Source of the DNA: Trichoplax adhaerens
Taxonomy: Eukaryota > Animalia > Placozoa
NCBI RefSeq assembly: GCF_000150275.1
Contig: NW_002060947.1
Location: 4,020,335-4,084,334 of the forward strand
Length of the DNA: 64,000 nucleotides
Reading direction: 5' to 3'
Under the pieces are notes generated by a model. That model saw only the letters and a program-made list of their open reading frames with translations, was not told the DNA's origin and searched no databases. Position numbers and translations under genes: made by a program. Positions 37,201 to 51,961 of this stretch are shown piece after piece; position 1 is the first letter of the stretch; each line of letters begins with the position of its first letter.

Positions 37201-40005
37201 TGTTAATGTATAGAATGATTCTGAATATTATTGTTAACGTGACAGAATATATAATAATTGACTGAAGTATATGACTGGAATCACTTTTCTATTTAATAAA
37301 GAGAATTCATATTAATTTCGATGAATACTCCGGGGAGTCTTGGTACAATAAGCGAGTCCATGTCTGTATCACAATCACATTGATGGAATATCAAACTATA
37401 GGTTGATGCATTAATATTTTTAATTGTAGATGTTATTAAGTACGAATTGTGATTCTATGTAGGACATTATCGAAAAACTACGAGATGATGGATTACTTGT
37501 AGACAATAGGTACATCAATGATAACTATCAACCATACAGACTGTTAAAATGCTACATATGTTATATCATAACAGAAAAAGGGATACTTTGGTATTTAATT
37601 TATTTATTTGATAAATTATCTAGCTATATTTGACACCATAGTTATTTTCAAACAAATCAAATGAGTAAAGATATCCTGAATAGTAATCTTAAAATCTGTC
37701 CTAATTATCACTCTAGACAAGATGAAGCTGCTACAATTGATATCGGAAAAGGTGGAGGATATATACTGAATTAACTTTGAACTATGATTGTGATTTAAGA
37801 AGATACTAAAGTATTACCATTTAACAATAACGTACAGACCGTATCTTCTTAAGGAAGGCAGATCGCACTACAACGTACATGTCCAGGTATTAAACTATGA
37901 CTATAAACAGCCGTAAGAGATAGTTATAGAGAAATATATTTGACTGCCTATGTAAGACTGATATTATTTTAATAGAGATATTGTGGCAGCAATAGACCGT
38001 TTTGAAAGGTTCAACTTTGATGAGATGTACTATGTGGTAAGCAAGAAATACATTTCTCCCTAAATAAATGTATTACTGATTGCTGCAAATAAAATTGATG
38101 TTGCGTATTTTCTGTCTTCGAATCGTAATCTGCAAATGACTGCAACTATTAATTTTTATCATTAATTTATTGTAAGACTTCAAGTGCCCAAAACCTACAT
38201 TTTCAGCATTTATTTAAAATTCTCAACTTAAGTGGTTACAATTGGGTCAAAAAGTATGTCTCTAATCAACTGGTCTATTCAGTACTATAAATCTTTTTAC
38301 TTAAATATGACTTGCTATAATCAACTGACACGCTGCCAATAGTTGTTACCATGTCGATTTTGGCATGGTGAAAGGTATGAGTACGCGGACAGGAAATGTG
38401 GTATTTCTGCAGGTATGCTACTAAGCACTAAAATTATGTTCAGTTATGTCATAATTGTAACAGTAGATATTGTTAAAGTATGCCGATATGAATTAATGAC
38501 AGTGCGTAGGTAGCAAACAGTTATCATGTACTTATAAATTACATTCAAATGACATCAATTATATAATATATTATCGAACGCGTATGTAATGCGTGTGTTA
38601 CATACTTTAGCAAATACAGTATAGTTGATTACTGTTTTGTCTTGAATTTTATCACAGGATATTCTGGATGATGCAAAAGAGAGAATGATGAAAACCTTAT
38701 CTAGAAAACACAATGGTAAATTATCAACAAAGTGTACAATATTAAATAAATAATATAAAATTTATGCAATTAAACTAGATATGCATCTTACCATCATTAA
38801 ATTCCGATTTGGATTACAAGAAAGACATTCGTAATTTCGGTTTATGAAAGTTGTTGTTGCATATTTGTTTACTCTTGCAATTTCTATTTAACAAATTTAA
38901 TCAAATTTCTATTAATTAGAAATAGTTTAATTTCAGCATTCTTTCAATCCTGCTATCTTCAATAAATCATATTGTACCTTAAACTATTTTTACTATGGCT
39001 TTTAGATCCTTCAAGTATTGCCGAACTAGTTGGTTTGGCTGCTATTTTAATTCAGGTAAAAATAAGGCCTACTTATGCGCATGCCGAAATTACAAAATAC
39101 GAGAAAATTTGGTGTGGTCCCACATAATTAATGTATCTCTAACATTAAATAGGATCTGAAAGCTAAAAGAATTAAAGATTACGAATTTAATTGGTAAGGA
39201 ATGACAAAACTTTGGTAAAAGTATTATTACATATTATATGTATAATAATAACAAATGTGCTATGCCGCGGTATCAGGGAGAAGATGCTAGCTTCACATGG
39301 TGATACTGGCCCTCGTTTGCAATATGAACATGCCCGTCTTGTTAGGTAATAAACAATTATTTAACTTTGATTATTCTACATTAATTAATGTGACAAAACC
39401 TATAATTAGTATCGCAGAAAAAACTCAAGTTCCGATTAACATGGAAGCAGATATAACATCTTTATTATCTGAAAATTCTGCAATCAAGCTAGTGGAACAT
39501 ATCACTAGGTGATTATTTTATTCCGTCAGTGAATTTTTTAAATGCCTTTTCACTGTTAGAAAATTTACATTGAACACTATAAATGCTATAAGATATAATT
39601 ATTTCACGTAATAAAGGTTCGAAGGGGAACTTGTAAGAGCAAAATTACACTCAGAGCCATGCTTTCTTGTTAATTACCTCTTCATCTTAAGGTAATTTAC
39701 AATGTCCGATATTATGTCATATCTTTTGCAATAAGAGTGTTGGTATAGGATTGTTGCTTGAGTTCATCTAAAACTTTTATTTTTCAGCCATTTAATATCA
39801 GCTGCGAATCATAATTTAAAGGTCTTAGGCCAAACTGAAAAGATAGCTGAGGTAATAATCGTCTTTGCTATAAACGTTATCAAATGCAGGTCGGAATATA
39901 ACCTATTTTTTGATGTAGGCAAGAATGTTGCTATTTGCCGCTTCAAGGAATACTCTGGCTAAAGGATTGAATATATTAGGTGTCAAACCGTTAAATAAAA
40001 TGTAA
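34265..40005 (+). CDS. RARS2: Mitochondrial arginyl-tRNA synthetase
   Basis: The start is [12 protein letters not shown] (alternative in-frame ATG at 34235). Motifs are VDYS|[16 protein letters not shown] (HIGH-type), [27 protein letters not shown] and [14 protein letters not shown]. The protein ends LGVKPLNKM-stop. Confidence 0.93.
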
Positions 40006-40441
40006 ATAAAATATTGTATGCTATATATATTTGTTGCAAAATAAAATCAAAAATTTCAAGATAAATGGTGTAATTGTAGCTTTGAAAGCCTTGGGATGAT
40101 CATGTAAATCCGAAATAAAGTCACAATATAGGTTCAAAAATGAATATCTAGATACATATTTAGCAGTTAGAGCCACTATTCACAAAAGATATTCACCCTA
40201 CTTATATCGAACATATTTTTATTCTGCTCATCGAAATATACAGTAAATTACCAAGAATTTACACGCAAGAATAGCATCCCAGACGACAATTTTGGATGCA
40301 CTATGATTATATTGTACTGGAAAAAAGCTGCAAATTTATGGTAGAGCTGAAAATATTCCTGTAGAAATAGTGTAAAATTTATCTTTCACAAGTGAAAATG
40401 ACTTTAATAACGCGATAAAATTTCAAAATGCCCATCATCAG

Positions 40442-43400
40442 TTATCGTTTGACCCTATTATAGAAATAAAGAAACAATGATAATAATGGTTAACTACGAT
40501 TCCACATATTTGAAGCTTAATAAATGAAAATCTTTCCAAAAGAGTAGTAATTGTGACGACAACCACGCAAATTTACCATGCAAATTTTCTTCTAGCTTTT
40601 TTCTGTCCAGGTTTTTTTCTCTCAACAATTCTTGGATCTCGATGCAGTAGTTCGTCTTCAAATATGAAATTAATATATACCTTTTGTTAGTTTTAGTAAG
40701 CATACCTGTATCTAAAATTATCCAAAACTTATCACCAAACTTACACTCATCCAGGGTTTCCTTATACGCTTCATTAAAACTTAATAAAGCTCGTGCAATT
40801 CCCAGTCTGATAGCGCCTGCTTGACCTGAATATTTACCAGTGAGTCAGAATGATGTTGATATAGCACAAGATACATATTTTCTCTATTTACCGCTTACGG
40901 TATATTATTAAATAGCTAAAACTACAGACATGCTATCAATTAAAAGAAAGAAGAAGTAAACAATTTACATTGTCTGCCTTACCAGAAAGCCCACCTCCGC
41001 GTACTGAGCATGTTATATCGAATGCATGGGTAAGATTTAAGACCAATAGAGGATATAAAACTTGCTCCCTAAAAGAAATACGTACACCATTGAATGTAAT
41101 TAAATATATAGGTCTAGTAATTGGCATTTTCTCTGCTAAACTATATAGTCTAATTTATTACAATGGCTGACCTATGTAACAGTTGTTGAAAATATTCCAC
41201 AAGACTTTTATCATTAATCGTAACGTTGCCAGTTCCTTCTTGTATTTGAATGTTAGCAACAGCAGTTTTTCTTTTTCCTAGTTACGATAGGTATAAAGTA
41301 TATATATATATATATATTTTATGTGATAGAATATGCGGGATGTTCTTTTGTAGTCATATAATTACTAAAACTTACCTTTGTTGTAAGAAACTCCCGCAAC
41401 ACTTAGCTAAACGATAGAATTTTGGTAAATGTTAACGTGCACATATGATCGTGTATAATTGAAATAACTTACCGGCCGTATCTTAACTTTAGTACTTCTA
41501 AGTTCAACGTTTTTCCGATACTTGTCCATAAAATCTTTAACACGGTTGGAATTAGGGAACTGCTGCAGTCTTTCCAGGCGAGCGATTAAATAATCATACT
41601 ATCAAGAAGTTAGAGAGTAAAGATCAATAGTGTTCATATCTGCTTTAAAACTATTAACAAGGCCTAATAGGCAATATCATCTTTACGGAGTATAGTTGAA
41701 AAGAGTTTCTTCTTGAATTACCAGGATTAATAGTATATTTAATTTAATTTTAGACTTTTATACCTGTCTATCCGTAATATCTTCCTGCAATATATCCTTC
41801 ATCTGATCGCTACTTAACCATCTAAAAGACAGATTGGTGTTATCTTGACTAAAATCAGCAGGAGCTAAATCTTGCGTGACTTCATCAGCTAGTCTATCAA
41901 CTTCCTTTCCTAAGCTTAGGGACATCAGTAACTCTTCACGTTCCCCTATTTCCTATTTAATTAATTCGATAGAATAATCACATACGTTACCAAATTGTAC
42001 TTGTAAGCAATACTTGATGGCTTTAAATCGAATAAAAAATATTACATGAATGGTGTTATAAAATGCTGGAAATCCGGTGTAATATCCAGCAGCAAAAGGT
42101 CGGCCATCCTTATCTATTTTTTTTTCTAATTTAAATAATAAGAAATTGTTTCATTGCCAAGTAACGATTTAGTGGCAGCTTATATTAATTAATGATTTTA
42201 CCTTGTATTTTCGGCAGTAATTCAAGGGGATGCTGAAAAATAGCATTAAATATTCCATTATTACCAAAACTATAATTTAGTAACTGATACTTATCTACGT
42301 ATATTCAAGTTGTAAAAAGTTAAAAACCCGATTGATTAGTTAATGACCATGCTAAATTATCATAGCATTCCATCTAGAATAGTTACTACTTTCATTTAGT
42401 GTTTTTTGATACTAAGCGATACCTTCATAATAGGTCTTGCATCTTTTGCAAAAAGGCTGGAAGGTAGTAAATAAGCTAAGGCTTCCTATTCAAAGAGATG
42501 TATAGTATTTAAAATTTGAATGACTCGTACGTAATTAATAATATCCGTAAAAGTGTCACTTTCTTAACAATGGTAGCAAAAAATTGAAGCGTTCTCTAAT
42601 TGATAGCCGCTATGGTTCTACAAATAGCAGCATTACCTCAATATCTTGATCGGTAAACGTTTCCGGATCTTTTTCCATCATTAGAGCTAATCTTCGTTTG
42701 CCACGCTCAAATGCAGCAATTTCATTTTTATATCTCTCCTCTATGATAGGGAATGCAATAGGAAAAAAAGTTACTCAGGGCTGTTGATAGAACATTACCA
42801 GTATAAATCATCAGGCTAGTACTATGTACGTTACTAGGAAATAGGACAGTAACGTTTAGAATACGAAAAAGATTGATAATAACGTATTAACGCACGTTAG
42901 GTAGCAACTGTCTTTGAGTTAAAATTACAGTAATATCGAGGTAACTTGAACAATACAGTGTATAATATAACTATAACTATTAATGCGTAGTGATTGATTA
43001 ATTTTAATAATATTCTCAATAAGAATTAGCAATAAGCACCGAAAATTAGTGTTGCCAATTTAGGATACCTGGTATTATTGAACTTGACTGTTGCTCATTT
43101 CTATTTGTATCTAGTCTTGAATACTGGCGTGTAATGAGTCTGTTGGTGTTCGTTTGTACTAAACTCTTCCATACTTGTATACCCTGCAAATACAAGGAAT
43201 AAATATTAAACCATTCTATTCAAAGCTAAATGTTAAAATATTAACTCAGATTCTACGTCAGGAGTTGGCTGAGAATTTAAAATGTAAATTAATTTAAATA
43301 ATATAACATAGCCAAAGTGTAAATCTGATAGCAGCTGGTTGATGAAAAGTAATGATTAACGGTTATAATATGCATTTATAAGCGTAGATGCAAAATTTAA

Positions 43401-45459
43401 AAGTCATGAGTAACGATAGCAACTGAATTGAATCCATATTGCAATACAAGCTGAATAATGGTGACTAATTTATGCAGTAATACCATCTGTAAAATATTGA
43501 AGATCTAGACCGATCGATATACGAGTATAATAATTACATAAAAGCAAGCATGATAATATAACAAACGTACAGATCCGATAGCAGCTAGTTAATGAACGAA
43601 ATGTAACGATTGATAGCAATAGTGAGTACTTATATAGTGTAGATGGGAAGTCTACAGTACAGTACATGCCGTAAGTAACGATAGCAACTGCAGCTCATGT
43701 TGGAATACAAGCTGAATTTCGTATTGCTGATTCTTAATACCATCTATAAAGTACCGTACACCCAGATCGGTCAATAATGATCGATCGATATATAAACAAG
43801 AAATGGCAAAAGTACAGATCTAATAGCAGCTAAGCCGTGGAATGTAACGACTGATGGTATTGGAATGCATTTGTACGTGTCAATTCGAATGCTAAAATGC
43901 TGTGAAAACGATAGCAGTAAAAGCCGATGTTGCAATGCAAGCTGAACTATTGCTGATTCACAATATCATCTATACAGTACCGTACATCTAGATTGGTTAA
44001 TAATTATTATTTCGATTTATATAAACAAGAAAATGGCAGCAGTACAAAAGTGATAGCAGTTAAGCCATGGAAAGTAACGACTGATGGTATTGGCATGCAT
44101 TAGTACGTGTAATTTCGAATCCTAGAAATACTGTGAAAACGACCGCACTAGAAACTGATGTTGCAATGCAAACTGAATGATTACTGATTCACAATATCAC
44201 CTACGCTTAAAGTACCATACATCCAGATCGGTCAATAATTATTGATGTATGAATAAGAAAGAACAGAAGTACAGGTCTATTAGTAGCTAGTTAACAGAAA
44301 GCAATGACTGATGGCAATATGCATTGGTACGTGTAGATTTAAATGTTATATAATGCCATAACAGCAACTGCACTCCATGTCGTAATGAATACAAGCTGCA
44401 CTATGGCTGGTTGACATTATTATCTATAAAGTACATCCAGGCTATGTACGGACAAGAATGACAAAAAATAGCAAAAGTACAGATCTGATAGCAGTTGGCT
44501 TATGAAAAGGAATGACTGAGGGCAATAGTATTATGCATTTGTACGTCTAGCTTTAAATCATAGATGGCGTTGAGTAACGATAGCAAGAGCGCAATTTATG
44601 TTGGAAGGCAAGCTAAATTCTTCGCTGCTGGATGCATAATACCATGCATAAACTATTGCACATCCAGATCGACCCATAGATAAGCATGATAAAATGGCAT
44701 AAGAGGATCTCTATTACAATCTCTTTTATTAGAATTTAATGTTCAAACCAACCCTATAAGCATCCATCCGATGGAGCTTGAAAATAGACGGTAGGCCAGT
44801 AGAGAATTTTCTTCTTCCGACCATATGCATTAAGCTTGTCATGATTGATGATCAACTACTGCAGATGAACGTCAAGAGCTACAGTTCTTGCAAAGGAGAA
44901 TCACACAATTGTTGGCTTATGATAGAGCGTTTCAATGTTGTTATAATATTCTATGCTGAAAGGCAATATCCAGTAGATCACAATTCTCTATCGGAACGAT
45001 GTGCAGCCATGTTAGCAGCTGCAGAGGCAACTACGATTCCTACGAGGTGCCAAGCTGGGCTGTTGTCTTGTGGACGACAGTCCAAACAAGTTTTACATGC
45101 TTTACTATAGGCGTTGAACTCCAGTATGAGTAGGAAACCTAGCGGTGTACAGGACACGTGAGCGATAGGGTGACACCCGAGTATCCTGCAGATGGAATAG
45201 CCGACAATATCATGCGCAAATAGGAGTACTGTTATATAGAAATTGACTAGAATCAGTTTTATCATGCTGAGTTAGACTGGCTTGGTCATGGCTCATACTG
45301 CTATACTATATCGTAAACGTACGCTCTATCGCTATAGTAATCAACTCAAGTTTCAACCATATTAGGGTATCTGGCTAGTCCAAAGAGGGCCATTCAAACG
45401 AGACACGTACGGACGGCAAGACGGGATGCATGGGGAAGGGAGATTCGGACGGAAGCCAT
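40442..45459 (-). CDS. MRPS9: Mitochondrial ribosomal protein uS9m
   Basis: Motifs are FERGKRRLALMMGKDPETFTDQDIE, YLLPSSLF, GRPFAAGYYTG, GKRKTA, VRGGGLSG|QAGAIRLGIARAL and RDPRIVERKKPGQKKARRKFAW|VKR-stop. Coding is secure from 43184 downward. The first exon (MASVRISLPHASRLAV, ATG 45459) is tentative because its splice phase to the next exon is unresolved. Confidence 0.88.
43300..44700. repeat. Degenerate tandem repeat, about six copies of 210-250 bp, upstream of the last secure MRPS9 coding exon
   Basis: The anchor AGTACAGATCTRATAGCAGY recurs near 43316, 43566, 43811, 44041, 44268 and 44476. Shared sub-blocks GTAACGACTGATGG, CAAGCTGAA and CCAGATCG recur in order. Confidence 0.85.
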
Positions 45460-45718
45460 ACTAAGTTCACAACATTAGGCTTGAGTGGATTGGAGTGTTC
45501 TCTTCTATCGCAATCCTCTGATGGCGATGGTAGTCGATACTAAAGTCTAATTGAAATCCATTCCAGCTGCCTTTTCCACTCGATTTACTATGTAATGGCA
45601 TAACAGTATCTTCGATTGTTGTTTATATTAGTATTAGGAACAAATTGAGTACAACATTGGTGATAGGATCGTTCATTTTGTTGGGATAATATTACGGAGT
45701 TGAAATTAGATCATCGTC
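45460..45718. promoter_or_regulatory. Putative compact bidirectional promoter for MRPS9 and ABCB7
   Basis: About 260 bp separate divergent ATGs of two mitochondrial-protein genes. This depends on the tentative MRPS9 first exon. Confidence 0.55.
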
Positions 45719-48700
45719 ATGGCGGCAATCATACGAACGGGGACATATGGAATTCTAGTTGCACGAAGTCAATGGACTCTAGCGCATAATAATACTGCCT
45801 GGCGATCAAGTATGAAACGATTTTCTAGGCTACGTTTCAATGTAAGTTGCACTTCCATCATGTTATATGCTATAATACTACATGGATCATGACAATGGCA
45901 GTCGATAGACGAGTAGAAACGAAGGCACAAGCCAATCACTGCCTGCCATAGTGAAATCAATCATCATCCTTTATTTCGTAATACTCGACCCTATCGTTGA
46001 TATATACTACAGTTTTAGAATTTACTATATCAATAAAATCCAATCGAGAATTGAAAATGTGGATGACCGCCACTGTCCAAGATGGATGGTAATACTAATT
46101 TTAGTTAGACGCCCCTCTTAGTGTGCATAGCGGCGTGGAAGAGGATGTCGTATGTGGATCATGCATTTTGAAATCTTACTGTCGGCATATCCAGCTGCAT
46201 ACGTCAATTCTGCTATACAAATATCAATCATTTCACTTCATAAACAAGATACATGACCACAGTTGCTGACAGCTATACCATGATCGAATAGAATAGACAT
46301 ACTCGTATACCTGCATTGGGCATCTAGGCTATATCGTGGTAGTATCGTATCAGTTTTCCAAGTTTATATTACAAGCAGTTTGAAATACAGACGGAAGAGT
46401 TCTATCAAGTACCCACCAGGTTTTCCCTCTATACTTGTTCAAATCATCTTGCTTGCTAGATTGTGTCATCAATCCATGCGATATTTATCATATACATAAC
46501 TGAAGCTTCGGCGAAAAAGATACTAATTAGTATTATGGTGTGCTATGGATCATCACTAATAGTTATACGAGTTGCTCAGGTTGAAACAGAATTAAAATAG
46601 CAACTGCTTGATTTTGCCCTTACACACGAAGTCAAAGAATTTACAATATACATCAGTATAAAATTAAAATTAAAAATTTTACTCTTGAAATACATTGAAT
46701 TATAAGAAAATAGACCAATAAATGTCTAGGTGTAAATAGATATTTGTATACTACTCACATTAATCACTCTGATCGAATTAAATGTCAGCCTTAACTAATA
46801 TTCAAATGTGCAATTATTTTTTTGCAACTAAATTTCGTATTATATCCAGTTGTACTGATTGCATTTATTAATAATTGCTTCAAGTATGATCGCATTTATA
46901 ATAAAAGCTAACCTACTATCAAACTTCTATCTAACAGACAAATATCTCATCTTCAAAACCAATCAATACACAGCGACTAAAGAATCCTGTTAGTATTCAA
47001 AATTTCAATACACTAGAATATACACTTATTGGATCATTTTTCTATTGATTTAATAATTTAAATTAGTTAGACTAAACTGCCTGATTTAAACATACTATAA
47101 AATGATCAATTTTACTGAGCTCTCTTACATGTTAAAATTTCAGCACATAACTACTACTCGTAAAACATTTCATGGAGCGTCCACTGTCGGCGGCCCTGGA
47201 CCAGGCCTTGGCAAAGTTGCCGTGACAGACGCATCGGAACTAAACTCATTAGCAATAATTAAAACTATGTTGAGATTTATTTGGCCTAAGAATAAAATAG
47301 GTTTAAAAGCACGTGTTATAGGATCATTGAGCCTGCTAGTTGGTGCTAAGGTTAGTTAAAGACAAAAGTTAGGAACAGTTTAGACACTCTTGTATCGATA
47401 ACTGCTACGTAAAATGTAATCTTATCGAATTGCATTACAACCAATATGAAAATAACATCTTAATGTGATAACCAACCATTATAATATTCTCAGTAAGATC
47501 ACAATACTCCTGTATGATTGAATTATTATCACGTCCGCTAGTATTAAAATTATGAAGATACTGCGAAGGATAATAATAAATAATATAGTATATCATCCTT
47601 TTATCAATTTTTTTAATATAAGATTATAAAAATCGCTATTTAGCTCTTGACCCTCCAAGTTCCTTTCCTTTTTAAACACGCTGTGGATCATTTGAACAAT
47701 GTTACCAACAACACATTAAACATGAATGAGCCAATAATGGCAATCTTTACAGTTTCTACTGCGTTACTGATTGGCTGTAAGTTGACAAAAGATATGATCG
47801 ATACAAATTATTTCGAGAATAAAGATTGCTGACTTCTAAAGGAGCAAATCTATCAGAAATAGTGGTACTCTCATTCCAAAGTTGTAGCAATCATTACGTA
47901 TAACAGCCTGAATTGAATGTATGCAAATTTACGTATTTTATTTTGGGCTATAAAAAAGATTTTTACATTTTTGTTATTAATTATTGCTAGATGGAATAGC
48001 AAGAGCTGGAGCTGCATTATTTAGTGAATTACGCAATGCTATTTTCGCCAAAGTAGCTCATGATTCTGTTAGAACGATTGCCAAGAATTCATTTCGCCAT
48101 TTGCATTCCCTTGACCTTAAATTTCATCTTGGACGCAATACGGGAGCTCTTTCCAAAGCCATTGATCGTGGCACGAGGTAGTAGTATAGTATTGTAATAA
48201 ATGCTGACAATGCTACTCTATAACTTTGAAGTTTAGCATCATAATTCAATGTCTCAATAAATTCGTTTCGATATTTTTGTTAACATTTTAGGTCTGTAAA
48301 TACTGTCTTGAGTGCGTTGTTATTTAACGTGTTCCCTACTATTCTCGAAGTGTCTCTAGTGTCTGGAGTTTTGGTATGATGATAGCGTACATCGTCTATA
48401 AAAATTATATACTAGTACGAGTTAATTCTACCCCTTTGCTAACCGTGCTGTTGTTATTTTAGTGTCAACAATATTGAATGTTCAACGACATAATGCTGAC
48501 TACTTTTATATATAATCACTACCATTAAATAGGCATATAAATGCGGCCAGCCGTTTGTCTTGGTTACTATGGGCACTATTGCTGCGTATGCAGTATTTAC
48601 CTTAGGTATAACGCAATGGAGGTAAGTTACAAATCAGACCGTTCAGTGCTACTTACAGAGTTAAATTATTATTTTAATATCATTTACGATCTTAGAAAAC

Positions 48701-50643
48701 TCACTTTTAACGTACGAATTCACTATCTTGTGTATCTCTCGTAATCAATTTAGAACAAAATTTAGAGCTCAAATGAACGCAGCTGATAACGAAAGTGGCT
48801 CTAAGGCAATCGATTCACTAATTAACTATGAAACTGTTAAAGTACGCATTGATTCCAATTGTATTATCATAATTTGTACGAAGTTTAAGTTAATTACCAT
48901 CAATTGTTAGTTGGAGACTAATGAGCTATCCTGACTTTAATTGTAGTATTTTAACAACGAAGCACACGAAGCAGAACAATATAATAAACATTTGATAAAA
49001 TTTGAAGAGGCTTCTCTAAAGACATCAACTAGTCTTTCAACACTAAATTTTGGCCAACATATGATATTTAGTGTCGGTTTAACAGGAATGATGCTATTAG
49101 CCAGTCAAGAAATAATTGCAGGTATAATTTTTCCTACTGTTAGTGATTATAATGCTACGGTTGCTTGACAAATATGCTCAATTATGCCTTGAAACTTTAG
49201 GAACCATGACAGTAGGAGATTTAGTCATGGTAAATGGATTACTTTTTCAACTATCTATTCCACTAAATTTCCTCGGTTCAGTTTATCGAGATGTTCGTCA
49301 ATCGCTCATTGACATGCAAACATTATTCAACTTAATGGATGTCAAGTCTTCCATCCGAGTAAGTACCAATTTAGCAGGTTTACATCTATTTAAAATAAAC
49401 CAGCAGTTACTTCGATGACTCGCTTTCAGCATTTTAGCTTGTTATCACATTCAATATTTTACTTTAAAATTACCAGGATAAAGCAGATTCAAAGGTTATG
49501 AATATTGACGCATCTAACTCCAATATCGAATTTAAAGACGTTATCTTCGAGTATGAGGATGGCCGTAAAATCCTAGATGGCATATCGTTTACTGTAGCTG
49601 CAGGAAAAACAGTAGCAATTGTTGGTGGAAGTGGTTCAGGGTATTCGATACGCTAAAAATGATATCTAGTTGACAAATGAAATGATATTAATTTTATGTC
49701 CTATTTCGCATCTCCGCTAGAAAATCGACCATCCTAAGATTATTATTCCGCTTTTATGAGCCCCAAAGAGGACAGATATTAATTAATGGATGTAATATAA
49801 ACGATATTACCTTGCATAGCTTACGGAAAGCTATTGGTGTAGTACCTCAAGTTAGTTTAAGAGCTTGCTGTATTAAAAGCCTTCGTCATATTCGCTCTCT
49901 ATTAACGTATTTTTAAAATCTGCACAATACCAAATATAGAAATTTCTTTTTTATCATCATTTCAGGATACAGTCTTATTTCATAATACAATCTTCTATAA
50001 CATTAACTACGGTATGCTTTCTGCGTCTGAGGATGATGTCCTTGCAGCTTCTCATATGGCTGACTTACACCATAGCATATTACAAATGCCTAAAGGTTAT
50101 GATACATTAGTTGGTGAACGCGGTCTTAAACTGTCAGGTAAAAACTGCCATTGCGGTATTTAATATAACTTCTGTACTCTATAATAAGTGAATCTCAATA
50201 TCAAATGACATGTATTAACATTAGGCGGTGAAAAACAGCGGGTGGCTATTGCAAGAACTATTCTAAAGAATCCACCAATTATTTTCTACGACGAAGCTAC
50301 TTCAAATTTAGATTACATTACCGAACAGGTACAAATTATTTTCTGTTTGAATCGAGTGAACTATAATCCAGATCCTCCTAATATGTGATTTTTTATATAC
50401 CAGACAATAATGGAATCTCTAAAGAAAGTAACCAAAGGCAAAACATCGATTTACGTAGCTCATCGCCTATCAACAATTACCGATGCTGACGAAATTTTAG
50501 TATTAGGAAACGGACGCGTTTTAGAAAGAGGAAATCATGAATCGCTTTTAAGCGATCCAAGTACTTACTATTCATATCTATGGAATAGCCAAATGAGATC
50601 AAATAGTAAAAAAAGTAACGGTTCGACGCAGAAGTTGGATTAA
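45719..50643 (+). CDS. ABCB7: Mitochondrial ABC half-transporter ABCB7/Atm1 (Fe-S cluster export)
   Basis: A presequence-like exon 1 (45719-45841) is followed by [43 protein letters not shown] and [18 protein letters not shown]. Walker A is GGSGSG|KST, the signature is LSG|GEKQR, Walker B is FYDEATS and the H-loop is AHRLST. Confidence 0.95.
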
Positions 50644-51961
50644 GATCGCGATTTAAAGAATTAAAAATGACCTTAATGTTGATTTTTTTAAGGCTAATCT
50701 CGCATTATTTAAGCTGAAAGAAAGGATTATAATTTTATACTTCTAGGCTAAGCGTTTAGTTATAGTTTTATTACGTAAACACGGAACATTTTAAATTTAT
50801 GAATAATCAACAAAAATTCATTTTTGGCAGTGCTAGTAAACTCTGCAAAGTAACTTTCTACATTTCAATCGTGAAGTTAACTTATCTTACGAAATTACAT
50901 ACTTTCGATTCTTGATATCTTCATATGGAGTTCTAATTAAAGTTGCTGATTACAAGATAAAATCGTGCAGTATAATCGAGGTCAACTTGATTCTCTAAAA
51001 CAAACTGAATATTTGGGATCAACACTGAAATAACTGGGATCATCAGCAAATAATGTCGATGCTATGATGTTTGGCTCCTTAACTAGCTCTTGGATTATAT
51101 TTAAAAATTACATCGTTTAAGATAATCGTGCAGTCATATGATCTTTAAAACTACAAAGATCGAAGCAATAAACATGAGTTGTTGATGTTTCTATTCGGAT
51201 AATTGATAAATGACCAGAATGCAAGTATGCAATATTGTACGGACACACTAAAATTTGATATTTATACATCTCTTTTTATTAAACATCAAAATTTTAACAT
51301 ATACAAAAACGATTGATTACAATATAAGTACGATTGATAACTGTTGCAGCATTACCAATACTACAATAGATTATAGAGCATTCTGCACATCTCATGACTA
51401 CCCAATCTTCATGAATGCTTAATTAGTGTTATCAAGTAGAACTGGTATCGAAACAGATTTATGCTCGCACATTTCCTTAATTAATCAAAGTTCACGTCTG
51501 ATTATTACAAAGTGTTAAAAAGCCTGCAGTTATTAAGTTACCTTATGAAGATTGATCTACCAAACCGCAGGAATATTATTTATTTCTGACTGTATCAGTT
51601 AACCAAGCGCCATTATTTTTCGATCACGATTAACAATTTCACACATGATTATAATCAATACTGTCTGTAATCGAACAAAACACTTTACAAGGCGATCGTA
51701 GTTGTCAAGGAAAGCTATATATGGAAATAAAATTATGAATAAAAAGTTATTAGAAAATAATTAATGCAGCGTAACTGAGATGGAATAATAATGCATAAAA
51801 ATTATGAAAAGGAATATTACCCGCATGTTGCAGTACAGTAAGTAATCACTCATTTCTTTGTAAGCGTATTTACTAATCAACTACACAATGTGATAGATCC
51901 CGAATATCCGTAGTGCACATACTGCACAATACATTTGGCACTATACATATTAGTTGTGATA

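Noticed and set aside
39192-39200. Apparent in-frame TAA in RARS2 (TGG TAA)
   Set aside because: It is the GTAAGG splice donor. The frame continues after the intron as [12 protein letters not shown].
43061-43068. U12-type donor GTATCCT in MRPS9 (and GTATCTT in DHDDS at 14465)
   Set aside because: Neither acceptor has a TCCTTAAC-like branch point nearby, so both are probably ordinary major introns.
45120-45200. GC-rich hairpins resembling U12 snRNA or a hammerhead ribozyme
   Set aside because: Only a short GGGTGACACCCGA similarity; the U12 5' end, Sm site and CUGAUGA/GAAA core are missing.
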